A stretch of 64,000 nt of DNA from Candidatus Latescibacterota bacterium (lineage in GTDB: Bacteria > Latescibacterota > UBA2968 > UBA8231). The position numbers were made by a program, and so were the translations under genes. The notes under the pieces were generated by a model. The model did no database searches, was not told the origin of the DNA, and worked only from the letters and a program-made list of their open reading frames with translations. Below, in pieces: positions 28,001 to 35,835 of this stretch. Where the stretch lies: positions 5,024,001-5,088,000 of the forward strand of contig CBDETY010000003.1 of assembly GCA_965243025.1 (NCBI GenBank), written 5' to 3'. Numbering within the stretch: position 1 is the stretch's first letter; each line of letters begins with the position of its first letter.

Positions 28001-28352
28001 TCCACGGGTGGTCGCCGCGGATCTCCCAGTCGAGGGCGGAAGCCCAGATGTAGACGGTGTTGCTGTAGTTGTCCGCGGCCCCGTTGCCGAAGTCGCTGTT
28101 GTCGAGAACGACAATGTGAATCGGAGAGTAATCGTCGTAATACCCGTACGCGGCAGCCAGCGGCGCGAATACCTCTTCGGCGACCTCTGCCACCCGCCGC
28201 GCCGTTCCCTCGGCGCCGGGAAAGTAGCTGATGACGTAGTGGTCGGTCTGAAAGCTGGTCAGCTGGGCTTCGGCAGGTGGCGCCAAGCCGAGAACCAGCG
28301 TGGGAATCGCCGCGTAAATCGCTGTTTTTCCGGTGGTTTTCAGAATTCGCAA
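25002..28352 (-). CDS. Outer-membrane protein: gluzincin-like peptidase domain + PD40/TolB-like beta-propeller + Omp85-like C-terminal barrel
   Basis: Signal peptide. 'VLTHEIAHV' with downstream 'WWVEGIAQ'. Repeats 'PSYSPDG', 'PNVSPDG', 'PRWSPDG', 'PYWLPDG'. Barrel loop 'YYLGGRNFLSGY'. Terminal 'WRYYFGLG'. SD AAAGGT. Confidence 0.85.
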   Translation of the reverse strand: MRILKTTGKTAIYAAIPTLVLGLAPPAEAQLTSFQTDHYVISYFPGAEGTARRVAEVAEEVFAPLAAAYGYYDDYSPIHIVVLDNSDFGNGAADNYSNTVYIWASALDWEIRGDHPWIKNVLTHEIAHVMTLDKARKRWPFRIALFSVSRFDSNPDISFNFPLYYLNTPAWWVEGIAQLAPAQFGWDTWDSHRDMLLRMAVLEDDLSTLNEMGGLSHRAGGYRAEQVYNQGFGLLTYTAATYGTEKVEELQDHVGSLSFDPAIRKVLGISADQLYDDWVRFMEDQYGQQVEEIVAEGFFEGNELGDVNEGVIDYHPSYSPDGRKLAYITSQDRDYRIPYVAIYDFATRKKKVLKEFVDTRISWFPDSDKILFLRNKSGYNDFFVYDIEEDEERRISARLRARDPNVSPDGERIAFVRLRDGNHSLCLIDADGTDLVQLTNHNDRTQIYAPRWSPDGEWILFSIFSGEDRDIAMMRADSPPLPKKTGLRPPKDDTPDSLKVFPDSLAYPAADTSGFTPLLASSADERDPYWLPDGSGFVFSCDRTGIFNIYQYTLETGEVRQLTNVLGGAFSPTVAGDGRVTYASYHANNFDLYEFDLDGPGERIVHWDPLADRDYQTVVRGPKLSEDYSVFRYRGRRVLDVIPLFQVGPTFVGNTFGLNQISGGGQVSVRETLGGDVFVFWGVLGKNFRESTDLNTDFGLYAERRLLPAVGNNRTFNPTLWGGWRRREVDWIIRGSSVEVFADTVASTIYPAPVDTANLLIPNATQHIYEGFSRKDLFKDVFQMWSLGVDLPISRRQQLTGLYTNRNYDENWLLHRYRQRLEIFVIQDSVDITGTLPSSLTSLDTTTVTPDDHYSFYDDLDFYTSNDLTLAWNYRRVKPTADRMINATGRSMALIYRYMKANLADSLAFTVDDGMPRDMLIPAKRPFTVNEYVGAYTERVGLPFRNTLTWEVVAAYRNLSVKPYTVDGGFFEGRFYWPLRYYLGGRNFLSGYPYFVRSGSKLLYGRFAYGFPLFRRLDMGFLNFNFTKVYAELFAETGAVGNFRTLKLDDFDTDSFLSDVGGEVRMELYTFYRIPMRAFFQVAHPLNRDRVEREPDEPKIDKWRYYFGLGLVGRGL

Positions 28353-28396
28353 ATGTGGTCTACCTTTCTAATTTTTCTATACTTAGACGAGCGTTG

Positions 28397-28425
28397 AAGG
28401 TAACCGGACGGTTTTTGGATGTCAA
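28397..28425 (-). promoter_or_regulatory. Putative sigma70 promoter for the peptidase-propeller-Omp85 gene
   Basis: Minus strand TTGACA (28425-20), 17 nt, TACCTT (28402-397). Confidence 0.6.
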
Positions 28426-28597
28426 TCGACTGGAAGGGTGTATCGGGCCCCGGGAACAGCCTTTCCGCGGAGAGGGATTTTCGTCGCAGAACGGCTTCAG
28501 ACGTTCTCGAAAGGTCCCCTCGCAAAGATCAAGTGCTCCCCGGATTCCTCGCCGTTTCCCGGGCGTTTCGGAATCCCTGTCGCGCCTTCCCTGCCGA

Positions 28598-29734
28598 GTG
28601 AACGCGCCCTGGCACCTCGCCGCTGTCGCCGCGGCGTCGATGCTCGCCACCCTGGGGGCGGTTCCCCTGGCCCGGCGCCTGGCCCTTCGGGTGGGTCTGG
28701 TGGACGACCCGGGCAGCGCCTCTTACAAGTCACACCACAGCGTAACTCCGTACGGAGGCGGGCTCGCCATGTACGCCGCCTGCCTGCTTCCCGCCGCCGG
28801 CGCGCTGGCCGCGGTTCTGTACGACAACTCCGGCCTGCTCCGGGACGGTTCGGGCTGGATCAGCCCCTGGTCCCCGTACTGGGTCACGCCTTTCGGCAAC
28901 TTTCCCGCGACGGTCAAGGAGGTGAGCCAGGTCGCAGCCTTGTTCGCCTGCGCCTCGGTGGTCTGGCTTGTCGGCATGGTCGATGATTTCCGCGGGCTGT
29001 CGCCCCTGTTTCGCCTGGCGGCGCAGCTGGCGGTCGCCATCCTGCTGGCGGGGTGGATCCCGGGTTTCAGACTGCCGGTTGCCGGCTCCGAGCCGCTGTT
29101 TTCAGCGGCTCTCAGCGCATTCTGGATCGCTTCCATTACGAACGCCTTCAACATGCTCGACAACATGGAAGGGCTGGCGGCGGGAGTCGCGGCCATTGCC
29201 CTGTCCGGGTTGGTCAGTCTGTCTCTGGTATGCGGCCACACTCCGGCGGCGCTGCTGGGACTGCTCGTCATCGGTGCCGCGTGCGGCTTCCTGGTGTTCA
29301 ACTTCCCCCGGGCCACCGTGTTCATGGGGGACAGCGGGGCATTGTTCCTCGGTTTCGTCGCCGGCGGCCTCAGCGTCCTGGTCACCGGGCGACTCGCCGA
29401 AATCCAGGCTTTGGATGGCCAGGCCGTGCTTGTGCCGCTGCTCGTGCTCGCAGTGCCGGCATACGACCTCGCTTCGGTGGTGGCCATCCGTCTGTCGCGC
29501 AGAATCCCCCCCTGGCGCGGGGATCAGAACCACACCAGCCATCGCCTCGTGCGCCTGGGGCTGTCGCGCCGCGACAGCGTCCTCGTCCTGTACGGGGCGA
29601 CCGCGGCAGCTGTCGGGGCGACACTGCTGCTGACCCGGGCGCCCATTCCGGTCGCCATAGCGGTGGCGTCGGCGGCCGCACTCCTTGTCGGGGCCCTCGA
29701 CTTCGCTGCATTTCGCCGCGGTGCAAACCAGTGA
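28598..29734 (+). CDS. MraY/WecA-family (glycosyltransferase family 4) polyprenyl-phosphate sugar-1-phosphate transferase
   Basis: 'GLVDDPG..TPYGGGLA', 'GMVDDF', 'NAFNMLDNMEGLA', 'NFPRATVFMGDSG', 'DQNHTSHRL'. GTG start at 28598 inferred. Confidence 0.9.
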   Translation: MNAPWHLAAVAAASMLATLGAVPLARRLALRVGLVDDPGSASYKSHHSVTPYGGGLAMYAACLLPAAGALAAVLYDNSGLLRDGSGWISPWSPYWVTPFGNFPATVKEVSQVAALFACASVVWLVGMVDDFRGLSPLFRLAAQLAVAILLAGWIPGFRLPVAGSEPLFSAALSAFWIASITNAFNMLDNMEGLAAGVAAIALSGLVSLSLVCGHTPAALLGLLVIGAACGFLVFNFPRATVFMGDSGALFLGFVAGGLSVLVTGRLAEIQALDGQAVLVPLLVLAVPAYDLASVVAIRLSRRIPPWRGDQNHTSHRLVRLGLSRRDSVLVLYGATAAAVGATLLLTRAPIPVAIAVASAAALLVGALDFAAFRRGANQ

Positions 29735-30396
29735 GGGACGCCTCTCTTCTGGGTGGAGGGTACGCCGGGTCGCGACCCCGGCCGTTGCCTACCGTAGAGG
29801 CGGTGCTCCGAGCCGCAGTCCCGGGCTCGGCAGCGGCTCGCCTCGCCGTCATCGCGGGGCCGCCCGGCTCCGGCAAGAGCAGCCTTGCCGGGGCCCTGCA
29901 GCGGCTGCTTCCCGGATCGTTTGTCGTGGACAAGGACTGGTGCTCCGGTCCCTTCATTCTCGAGATCGCCCGGCAGACCGCAACCCCGACGGAAGAAGCC
30001 TACGGCACCGATCTGTACTGGGAGCGGCTGCGCCCGATCGAGTACGGAACCGCCGTTGCCTTCGCCTGTGCCAACCTCGCGGGTGCGCGAACCGTATTCC
30101 TGGTCGGGGGATGGGGGCCGGAGCTGGGTGTCGAGCACCTGTGGACATCGCTGCGGGACAGAATCGCCCCTTCGAAGCTGGCCGTAATTCACCTCGACCC
30201 CCCCCGAGTCGAGGAGTGGCGGGGGCGCATGGCGGCGCGCGGGTCGCGCACCGACAGCCCCTGGTTCGAAGCGTTCTGCAGCGCCGTCGGCGAGCTCCCG
30301 GTGTGGGAGGGGGCAGTTCGTCTTTGCGGCGGCGGCTGCTGCAACGAGGTGGTGGAGCAGGCGCTTGCGGCGCTGGCCGCGCAGGAAGGAGGGTAG
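29731..30396 (+). CDS. P-loop NTPase, nucleoside/nucleotide kinase-like (AAA_33 type)
   Basis: GTG overlapping the upstream TGA; Walker A 'IAGPPGSGKSS', 'VVDKD', lid-like 'RMAARGSRTD'. Confidence 0.75.
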   Translation: MRDASLLGGGYAGSRPRPLPTVEAVLRAAVPGSAAARLAVIAGPPGSGKSSLAGALQRLLPGSFVVDKDWCSGPFILEIARQTATPTEEAYGTDLYWERLRPIEYGTAVAFACANLAGARTVFLVGGWGPELGVEHLWTSLRDRIAPSKLAVIHLDPPRVEEWRGRMAARGSRTDSPWFEAFCSAVGELPVWEGAVRLCGGGCCNEVVEQALAALAAQEGG

Positions 30397-30401
30397 AGGC
30401 G

Positions 30402-31664
30402 GTGCCCGCCCTGCACAGCGCTTTCGGATACGGTGCGCTGCTGCTGATCGCCTGGGCGTGCGGCACCCGCCGCGGCGGAGTTCCGGTGCGCGCCCTCGTC
30501 ATCGCCGCTGTGATGCAGGTGGGTTTCGCGGCTCTGCTCCTGCATACCGGCCTGCGACACCAGGTTTTCGCCCTGATCGGAGGGCTCACCGACCTGCTCC
30601 GCGAGACCGCCCTGAAGGCGAACGAGTCGCTGCTGTTCGCCGGACTCTCGAACCCTGACTTCACGACCGCGTACGGAGCGACGATCGCCCTCGAGATCGC
30701 CGCCATCCTCGTGTTCGTCGCATCGCTTTCCAGGGTCCTGTACCACTATCGGCTCCTTCCCTGGCTGATCCGGGCAATGAGCCGTTTCATGCAGCGAGCC
30801 TTCGGAATCAGCAGCGCCGAGGCCGTGGGAGTCTCCGCCAACATCTTCCTCGGCATGACGGAAGCGCCGCTGCTGATCCGCCCCTACGTAGCTGGCCTGA
30901 CCCAGAGCGAGCTTTTCTGCCTGATGACAGCCGGAATGGCGACGATCGCGGGGACGGTCATGGTCGTCTACGCGAGCATGCTGTCCGGGGTGGATGCGGA
31001 AATCGCCGGGCACCTTTTCACCGCTTCCATGATCAGCGCGCCGGCGGCGGTCGCCGTGGCGAAGCTGATGATGCCCGAGACAGGGCAGCCGGCGACTGCC
31101 GGAGTGGTCGCCCAGCTGCCCGAAGACGACACCCGCAACGGTCTGGATGCGGCCGCCCGCGGGGCGACCGAGGGGATGCATCTCTTCATTAATATCATGG
31201 CCATGCTGATTGCCTTCATCGGCCTCGTCGCTCTCGTCAACGCCCTGATCGGGCTTGCGGACAAGCTGGTGAACGGGGCTGAGGCCGGGGCGTGGAGCCT
31301 GCAGGCGGGTTTGGGGATCGCGCTGCGGATTCCCGCCTGGCTCATGGGCATTTCCTGGCAGGAAGCCGCCAGCGTTGGAAGGCTGCTGGGACTGAAGACG
31401 ATCCTGAACGAATTCGTCGCTTACGTGGAGCTTTCCCGGGTGATGTCGAGCGAGCCGGCCCCCCTGAGCCAGCGCGGCTTCCTCGTGGCGACCTATGCGC
31501 TTTGCGGGTTTGCCAACTTCGGTTCGGTGGCGATCATGATCGGCGGAATCGGGGGAATCGCCCCGGAGAGACGGCCCGATCTCGCCCGCCTCGGTTTGCG
31601 CTCCCTTGTTGCCGGAACCCTGGCGACAATGCTGACCGGGTGCGTGATAGGGATCCTGGCCTGA
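30402..31664 (+). CDS. nupC: NupC/CNT-family concentrative nucleoside transporter
   Basis: 'ANIFLGMTEAPLLIRPY', 'GMATIAGTV', 'KTILNEFVAY', 'YALCGFANFGS'; SD GGAGGG. Confidence 0.93.
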   Translation: MPALHSAFGYGALLLIAWACGTRRGGVPVRALVIAAVMQVGFAALLLHTGLRHQVFALIGGLTDLLRETALKANESLLFAGLSNPDFTTAYGATIALEIAAILVFVASLSRVLYHYRLLPWLIRAMSRFMQRAFGISSAEAVGVSANIFLGMTEAPLLIRPYVAGLTQSELFCLMTAGMATIAGTVMVVYASMLSGVDAEIAGHLFTASMISAPAAVAVAKLMMPETGQPATAGVVAQLPEDDTRNGLDAAARGATEGMHLFINIMAMLIAFIGLVALVNALIGLADKLVNGAEAGAWSLQAGLGIALRIPAWLMGISWQEAASVGRLLGLKTILNEFVAYVELSRVMSSEPAPLSQRGFLVATYALCGFANFGSVAIMIGGIGGIAPERRPDLARLGLRSLVAGTLATMLTGCVIGILA

Positions 31665-31935
31665 CAATCGCCTCGCCGGGGGGCATGAGCTGCCTTTTTT
31701 CGGGGGCAGCGAGGTGGGGGCGGGTTTTCATCATTCACATAACATATTGTAATTAAAGGAATTGCACTATTTACAGGCAGCGTATCGTGGCGCGGGGAAA
31801 GTTTCGCTGACCGGGGAGGAATGCAAAAAAACCGGATCTCGAAGCCTGTCGAAACGTCTTTTCAATGCTTAGATTAAAGTGGCGGTTTTCAAGACGAAAT
31901 TCAGTTTGTGAATGTTCCCATACTGGCTTTGAGAA

Positions 31936-32199
31936 ATGGCAAAAGAACGCAAATCGGCGTATCGCTCCCAGTTTGACGGTCACCGCCGCCTCGCGGCGGC
32001 AGTCATCCTGCAAGCCATCAAAGACATGGCTGCGGGCCCAACCAGTCAGGACCAGGTGAGTGCCGTGGAGTTTCTCCAGGGAGACATGTGGCCCTTTTCC
32101 GACGTCCTCGATCTCCCGGCTGACGGCGCCGCCCTCCAGGATTACCTGAAAACGATCAGGACCGATTTCTTCGAAGAAGAACCGTCTCCCGCAAGCTAG
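31936..32199 (+). CDS. Hypothetical 87-aa protein
   Basis: Coding-like ORF behind an AT-rich leader; helix 'RRLAAAVILQAIKD', acidic tail. Confidence 0.65.
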   Translation: MAKERKSAYRSQFDGHRRLAAAVILQAIKDMAAGPTSQDQVSAVEFLQGDMWPFSDVLDLPADGAALQDYLKTIRTDFFEEEPSPAS

Positions 32200-32320
32200 G
32201 CGGCTCTCCTTCACTTCCTCAAGGGTTCCAGTTGCGAACGGAGCAGTCCCTGGCGGGCACGCTCCGGCGACGGGTGAATTTCCACCGGCTCCCGGGGGAA
32301 GGAAACCCGTTCAATCTCCG

Positions 32321-32800
32321 GTGTACTGCGCGACCATCGAGAGCCCGCTTGGCGCGCTGCTGCTGGCCTGGACAGAGAGTGGTTTGACCCGGGTGAGCTT
32401 TCTCGAAGGCAGCAAGGCCATTGAGCCGGATTCCGGCTGGACGGCCGCACCCGATCCAGCTTTCGGCGCCCGCCGGCAGCTCGATTCCTATTTCGCCGGA
32501 GAACTGAAGCAGTTCGATCTGCCGCTTGCACCCTGCGGCACCGCTTTTCAGCAGCAGGTGTGGAGGGAGCTTGCCAGAATTCCTTTCGCGGCGACGGCAT
32601 CGTACGGGGAGATCGCGCGGCGTGTCGGCAGGCCGAAGGCGAGTCGAGCCGTAGGAGCAGCCAACGGCAACAATCCCCTCCCCATAATCGTCCCCTGCCA
32701 CCGTGTCGTCGGCAGCGACGGCAGCCTTACCGGCTATTCCGGGGGAGTGGAAATCAAGGAATTCCTGCTCGCCCACGAAGCCCGTTGCGCTGCTCGCTGA
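32321..32800 (+). CDS. ogt: Methylated-DNA--protein-cysteine S-methyltransferase
   Basis: 'GTAFQQQVW', 'SYGEIA', 'RAVGAANGNNP..IVPCHRVV'. Confidence 0.96.
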   Translation: MYCATIESPLGALLLAWTESGLTRVSFLEGSKAIEPDSGWTAAPDPAFGARRQLDSYFAGELKQFDLPLAPCGTAFQQQVWRELARIPFAATASYGEIARRVGRPKASRAVGAANGNNPLPIIVPCHRVVGSDGSLTGYSGGVEIKEFLLAHEARCAAR

Positions 32801-33172
32801 CGGGAATTCCTTCAGGAAGATCCGGGCTTCTCACTGTTTTAAACGGGAACGGCAACCGGCGGGGGACCTCCGGGATGCGGTTTGCTCTGCGGCGTCTCCG
32901 CTGATCTGGCTCGGCTCGCTTGACATGCGATGCAGGCAGGGGGTTGCCGGTGCCCCTGCATGGTTCCTCTCCGGGGGAGCGCTCGATTACCTGACCCTCC
33001 AGTTCCGTACATCTCGCGTCGCCGTTACCTGCCCATCGGCCCGGACTCCCCCGTTGAAGAAGCGCTTGCAGGGGTTCCCGGCGGCCGGGGGCAGGAGATC
33101 GATTGAGTAGCGGCGGACGCGTCACTACCCATACTTTTTGCGCCTACCGATCGCAGGCAGGTATCGATCACA

Positions 33173-33946
33173 GTGTTCAGGCACGCACAGTTGTCGTTGG
33201 AGGAGAAGGTCCCGCGGGCACGCGCGCGTCCTGTCTTTCCAGGGTCCCGGTTCGCAACTCCCTGGCGGGTCTTCGATCTCGTGGTGCTTCCTCCGGGAGA
33301 AGCGGCCGAATCCCCGGATGGCGATTGCGAGCAGGGGTTCGTAATTCTGAAGGGGGAGGCCGTGTTCGAAGGCAACGGCGACGCCGCAGAGGTAAGGGAA
33401 ACTGCGGCCGTTGTCGCTACGGGAGCCTCACGCCTGCGGGCGACGGCGAGGAGCTGCACCGCCCTGTCGATAGGGGTTTCCCTGCCGGAGGGGTCGCCGG
33501 CCGGTCACCTGCGGATCGAATCGGTCGACCCCGCAAAGCTGAAGCGGCGGCCCTCCATTCACGGCGGGGGTGGAGAAATAGCGACCCGCCACATGTGGGG
33601 CCCCGGTGACTTCCTCAGCAGCTGGACCTTTCTCGACCACGCGATTCTGTCTCCAGGAAGCGCCGTCGGCTACCACTACCACGAAGCGCTCGAGGAATGC
33701 TTCGTCATACTCGGGGGCCGCGGCTACATGACCGTGGACGGGGACACCTTCCCGGTAGGACCGGGCTCGGTGACTTATCAGGGGGTCGAAAAGGGTCACG
33801 GCATCTACAACCCTGACAGCGCACCGCTCGACTTCCTGCGCATCGCCGTGGCGATGCCCGGCGAGGAGGTCGCGACAATCGACCTCGACGACGACCTGAG
33901 CGCCAGGACCCCCGCGGATCAGCCAACGAAACGAGGGACATCGTGA
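33173..33946 (+). CDS. Bicupin-like (cupin domain) protein
   Basis: C-terminal cupin 'GYHYHEALEECFVILGGRG..GHGIYN'; degenerate N-terminal cupin 'EQGFVILKGEA'. Confidence 0.8.
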   Translation: MFRHAQLSLEEKVPRARARPVFPGSRFATPWRVFDLVVLPPGEAAESPDGDCEQGFVILKGEAVFEGNGDAAEVRETAAVVATGASRLRATARSCTALSIGVSLPEGSPAGHLRIESVDPAKLKRRPSIHGGGGEIATRHMWGPGDFLSSWTFLDHAILSPGSAVGYHYHEALEECFVILGGRGYMTVDGDTFPVGPGSVTYQGVEKGHGIYNPDSAPLDFLRIAVAMPGEEVATIDLDDDLSARTPADQPTKRGTS

Positions 33947-34926
33947 AAACCGAAGACAACATTGTCAGAACGGAGACGGCGAGACGCATGGCCGGCGCGG
34001 CTGCCGAGTTGCTGGCAAGCTTCACCTCCGATCAGCGCGCCAAAGCGGTGGTGGGTTTCGACGACGAGGAACGGGAGAACTGGCACTACATTCCGCGCCC
34101 CCGGGCCGGGTTGCCGCTCAAGGAAATGGATGCCCGGCAGCGCAGCCTCACCCAGAACCTGGTCGCCACCGGCCTGAGCTCGGCGGCCCACAGGCGCGCC
34201 AACACCATCATCGAGCTCGAACCCATCCTCGCCGAGATCGAAGGAGAGGGGCGGAAGTTCGCGCGCGACCCCGGCCTGTATTTCGTCACCCTGTTCGGCA
34301 CTCCCGGCGGCGAGGGGATGTGGGGGTGGCGCTTCGAGGGGCATCACGTCTCGCTGAACAACACGGTTCTCGACGGGGAGCTGATTTCGGCAAGCCCGGT
34401 TTTCTTCGGGGCCAACCCGGCCGAGGTGCGCCACGGCGCCCGCGAGGGCCTGCGAGCCCTGAAGGAAGAGGAGGAGACGGCGCGCGCGCTGTTGAACGAT
34501 CTCGACGGGGAGCAGCGCCGGCAGGCGGTGGTTGCCCGGGAAGCCCCATCCGATATCCTCACCAGGGCCGTCCCCCACGTGCGCGGCGAGGTGAAGGCGG
34601 AAGGATTGGCAGGCGCCGACATGAACGCCGGCCAGCTTCAGCAGCTCAAGGATCTGGTCGCCGTCTACGTCGATCGCCTGCCCGAGGCGGTGGCGGCGCT
34701 GGAGCACGCCAGGCTGGAAGGGGCCGACTACGCAAAAGCCCACTTCGCCTGGGCCGGCCCGGCGGAGCGCGGCGCGGGGCACTACTACCGGGTGCAGGGC
34801 CCGGCCTTCGTCGCCGAGTACGACAACACGCAAAACGACGCCAACCACATACACGCAGTGTGGAGGGATCTGCTCAACGACTTCGGCGAGGACCTGCTGA
34901 AAGCCCACTACCGCAAGGCACACTGA
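33943..34926 (+). CDS. DUF3500 domain protein
   Basis: 'NWHYIP..RAGLPL', 'WGWRFEGHHVSLN', 'HYYRVQGP..EYDNTQNDANHIHAVWRD..NDFG'. Confidence 0.9.
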   Translation: MKTEDNIVRTETARRMAGAAAELLASFTSDQRAKAVVGFDDEERENWHYIPRPRAGLPLKEMDARQRSLTQNLVATGLSSAAHRRANTIIELEPILAEIEGEGRKFARDPGLYFVTLFGTPGGEGMWGWRFEGHHVSLNNTVLDGELISASPVFFGANPAEVRHGAREGLRALKEEEETARALLNDLDGEQRRQAVVAREAPSDILTRAVPHVRGEVKAEGLAGADMNAGQLQQLKDLVAVYVDRLPEAVAALEHARLEGADYAKAHFAWAGPAERGAGHYYRVQGPAFVAEYDNTQNDANHIHAVWRDLLNDFGEDLLKAHYRKAH

Positions 34927-34994
34927 TCCTCGACACGGTTGCCGGGGCTGCAAACGGCGGTCCGCCCGTACTGAACCCGAAGAGGAGACGCGAC

Positions 34995-35795
34995 ATGGCG
35001 AAAACAGGGGTGGTGCATCACAACTGGGGCGGCTACGACCTCGAGGGGTTTGCCGTCAGGGCAGCGGAGATCGGCTACCGGTACTGCGAGCTGCAGTTCC
35101 GGGACGTGTGGCCGGACGAGACCCGGGAAGGCGAAAGGGCTGCCGTGGAGGTCCGTGAAATGCTCGAGCGCCACGGCATGTCGGTGAGCGCTGTTGCGGC
35201 GGGCAACAACTTTCTCCGGGCCGACCCGGCGCAACAGGAAGCGGAAATCGACCGCTACCGAAAGCTGTGCGAGTGGATACCTCACACCGGCACCGACGTC
35301 GTGCGCAGCGACGGAGGCTGGGGCGAGGAGGTTCCCCGGGACCAGTGGGACGGCACGATGCTGGAGGCGTTCAAGCGCTGCGTCGATTTCGCCGAGACCT
35401 CGGAAGTGCGCATCGCCCTCGACAACCACGGGATGGCGACCAACGACGGCGAGTGGCAGGTGAGCCTGATAGAACGGGTCGGTTCCAAGCGGCTCGGGGT
35501 CAACCTCGATACCATGAACTACCGCTGGGCGGGGTGGGACATCGAGCGCTGCAACCGGTTCTACGAGCTCGTGGCGCCCCACGTGTTCCACGTCCATATA
35601 AAAGACGGGACGGGTTCGCAGCAGCAGTACCGGGGGAAAGTGCTCGGGGAAGGGGAAATCGACCTCGGACACGCAGTCGCCTGCGTGAAGGAAGCGGGGT
35701 ACGACGGGGTCTGGGCGGTCGAGTACGAAGGAGAGGAAACCGCCGGGGGGGCCGGGTTCGCAAAATGTTACGAGTGGATGGCCGCGCACATGTGA
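34995..35795 (+). CDS. Sugar phosphate isomerase/epimerase (xylose-isomerase-like TIM barrel)
   Basis: ATG 34995 with SD GAGGAG; 'IALDNHG', 'NLDTMN', 'HVHIKD', 'GYDGVWAVEYEG'. Confidence 0.9.
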   Translation: MAKTGVVHHNWGGYDLEGFAVRAAEIGYRYCELQFRDVWPDETREGERAAVEVREMLERHGMSVSAVAAGNNFLRADPAQQEAEIDRYRKLCEWIPHTGTDVVRSDGGWGEEVPRDQWDGTMLEAFKRCVDFAETSEVRIALDNHGMATNDGEWQVSLIERVGSKRLGVNLDTMNYRWAGWDIERCNRFYELVAPHVFHVHIKDGTGSQQQYRGKVLGEGEIDLGHAVACVKEAGYDGVWAVEYEGEETAGGAGFAKCYEWMAAHM

Positions 35796-35835
35796 GGGAG
35801 CCTGCTGCAGGGAAGACTCGGGCGGCTGGGGCAGC

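Noticed and set aside
31689-31710. Hairpin GCTGCC..GGCAGC after nupC
   Set aside because: No adjacent U-tract, so it cannot be called a terminator with confidence.
32801-33172. 370-bp intergenic region with short inverted repeats (ATGCAGG/CCTGCAT) and a 48-codon ORF
   Set aside because: No recognisable riboswitch or ncRNA consensus; such hairpins are expected by chance at this GC content.
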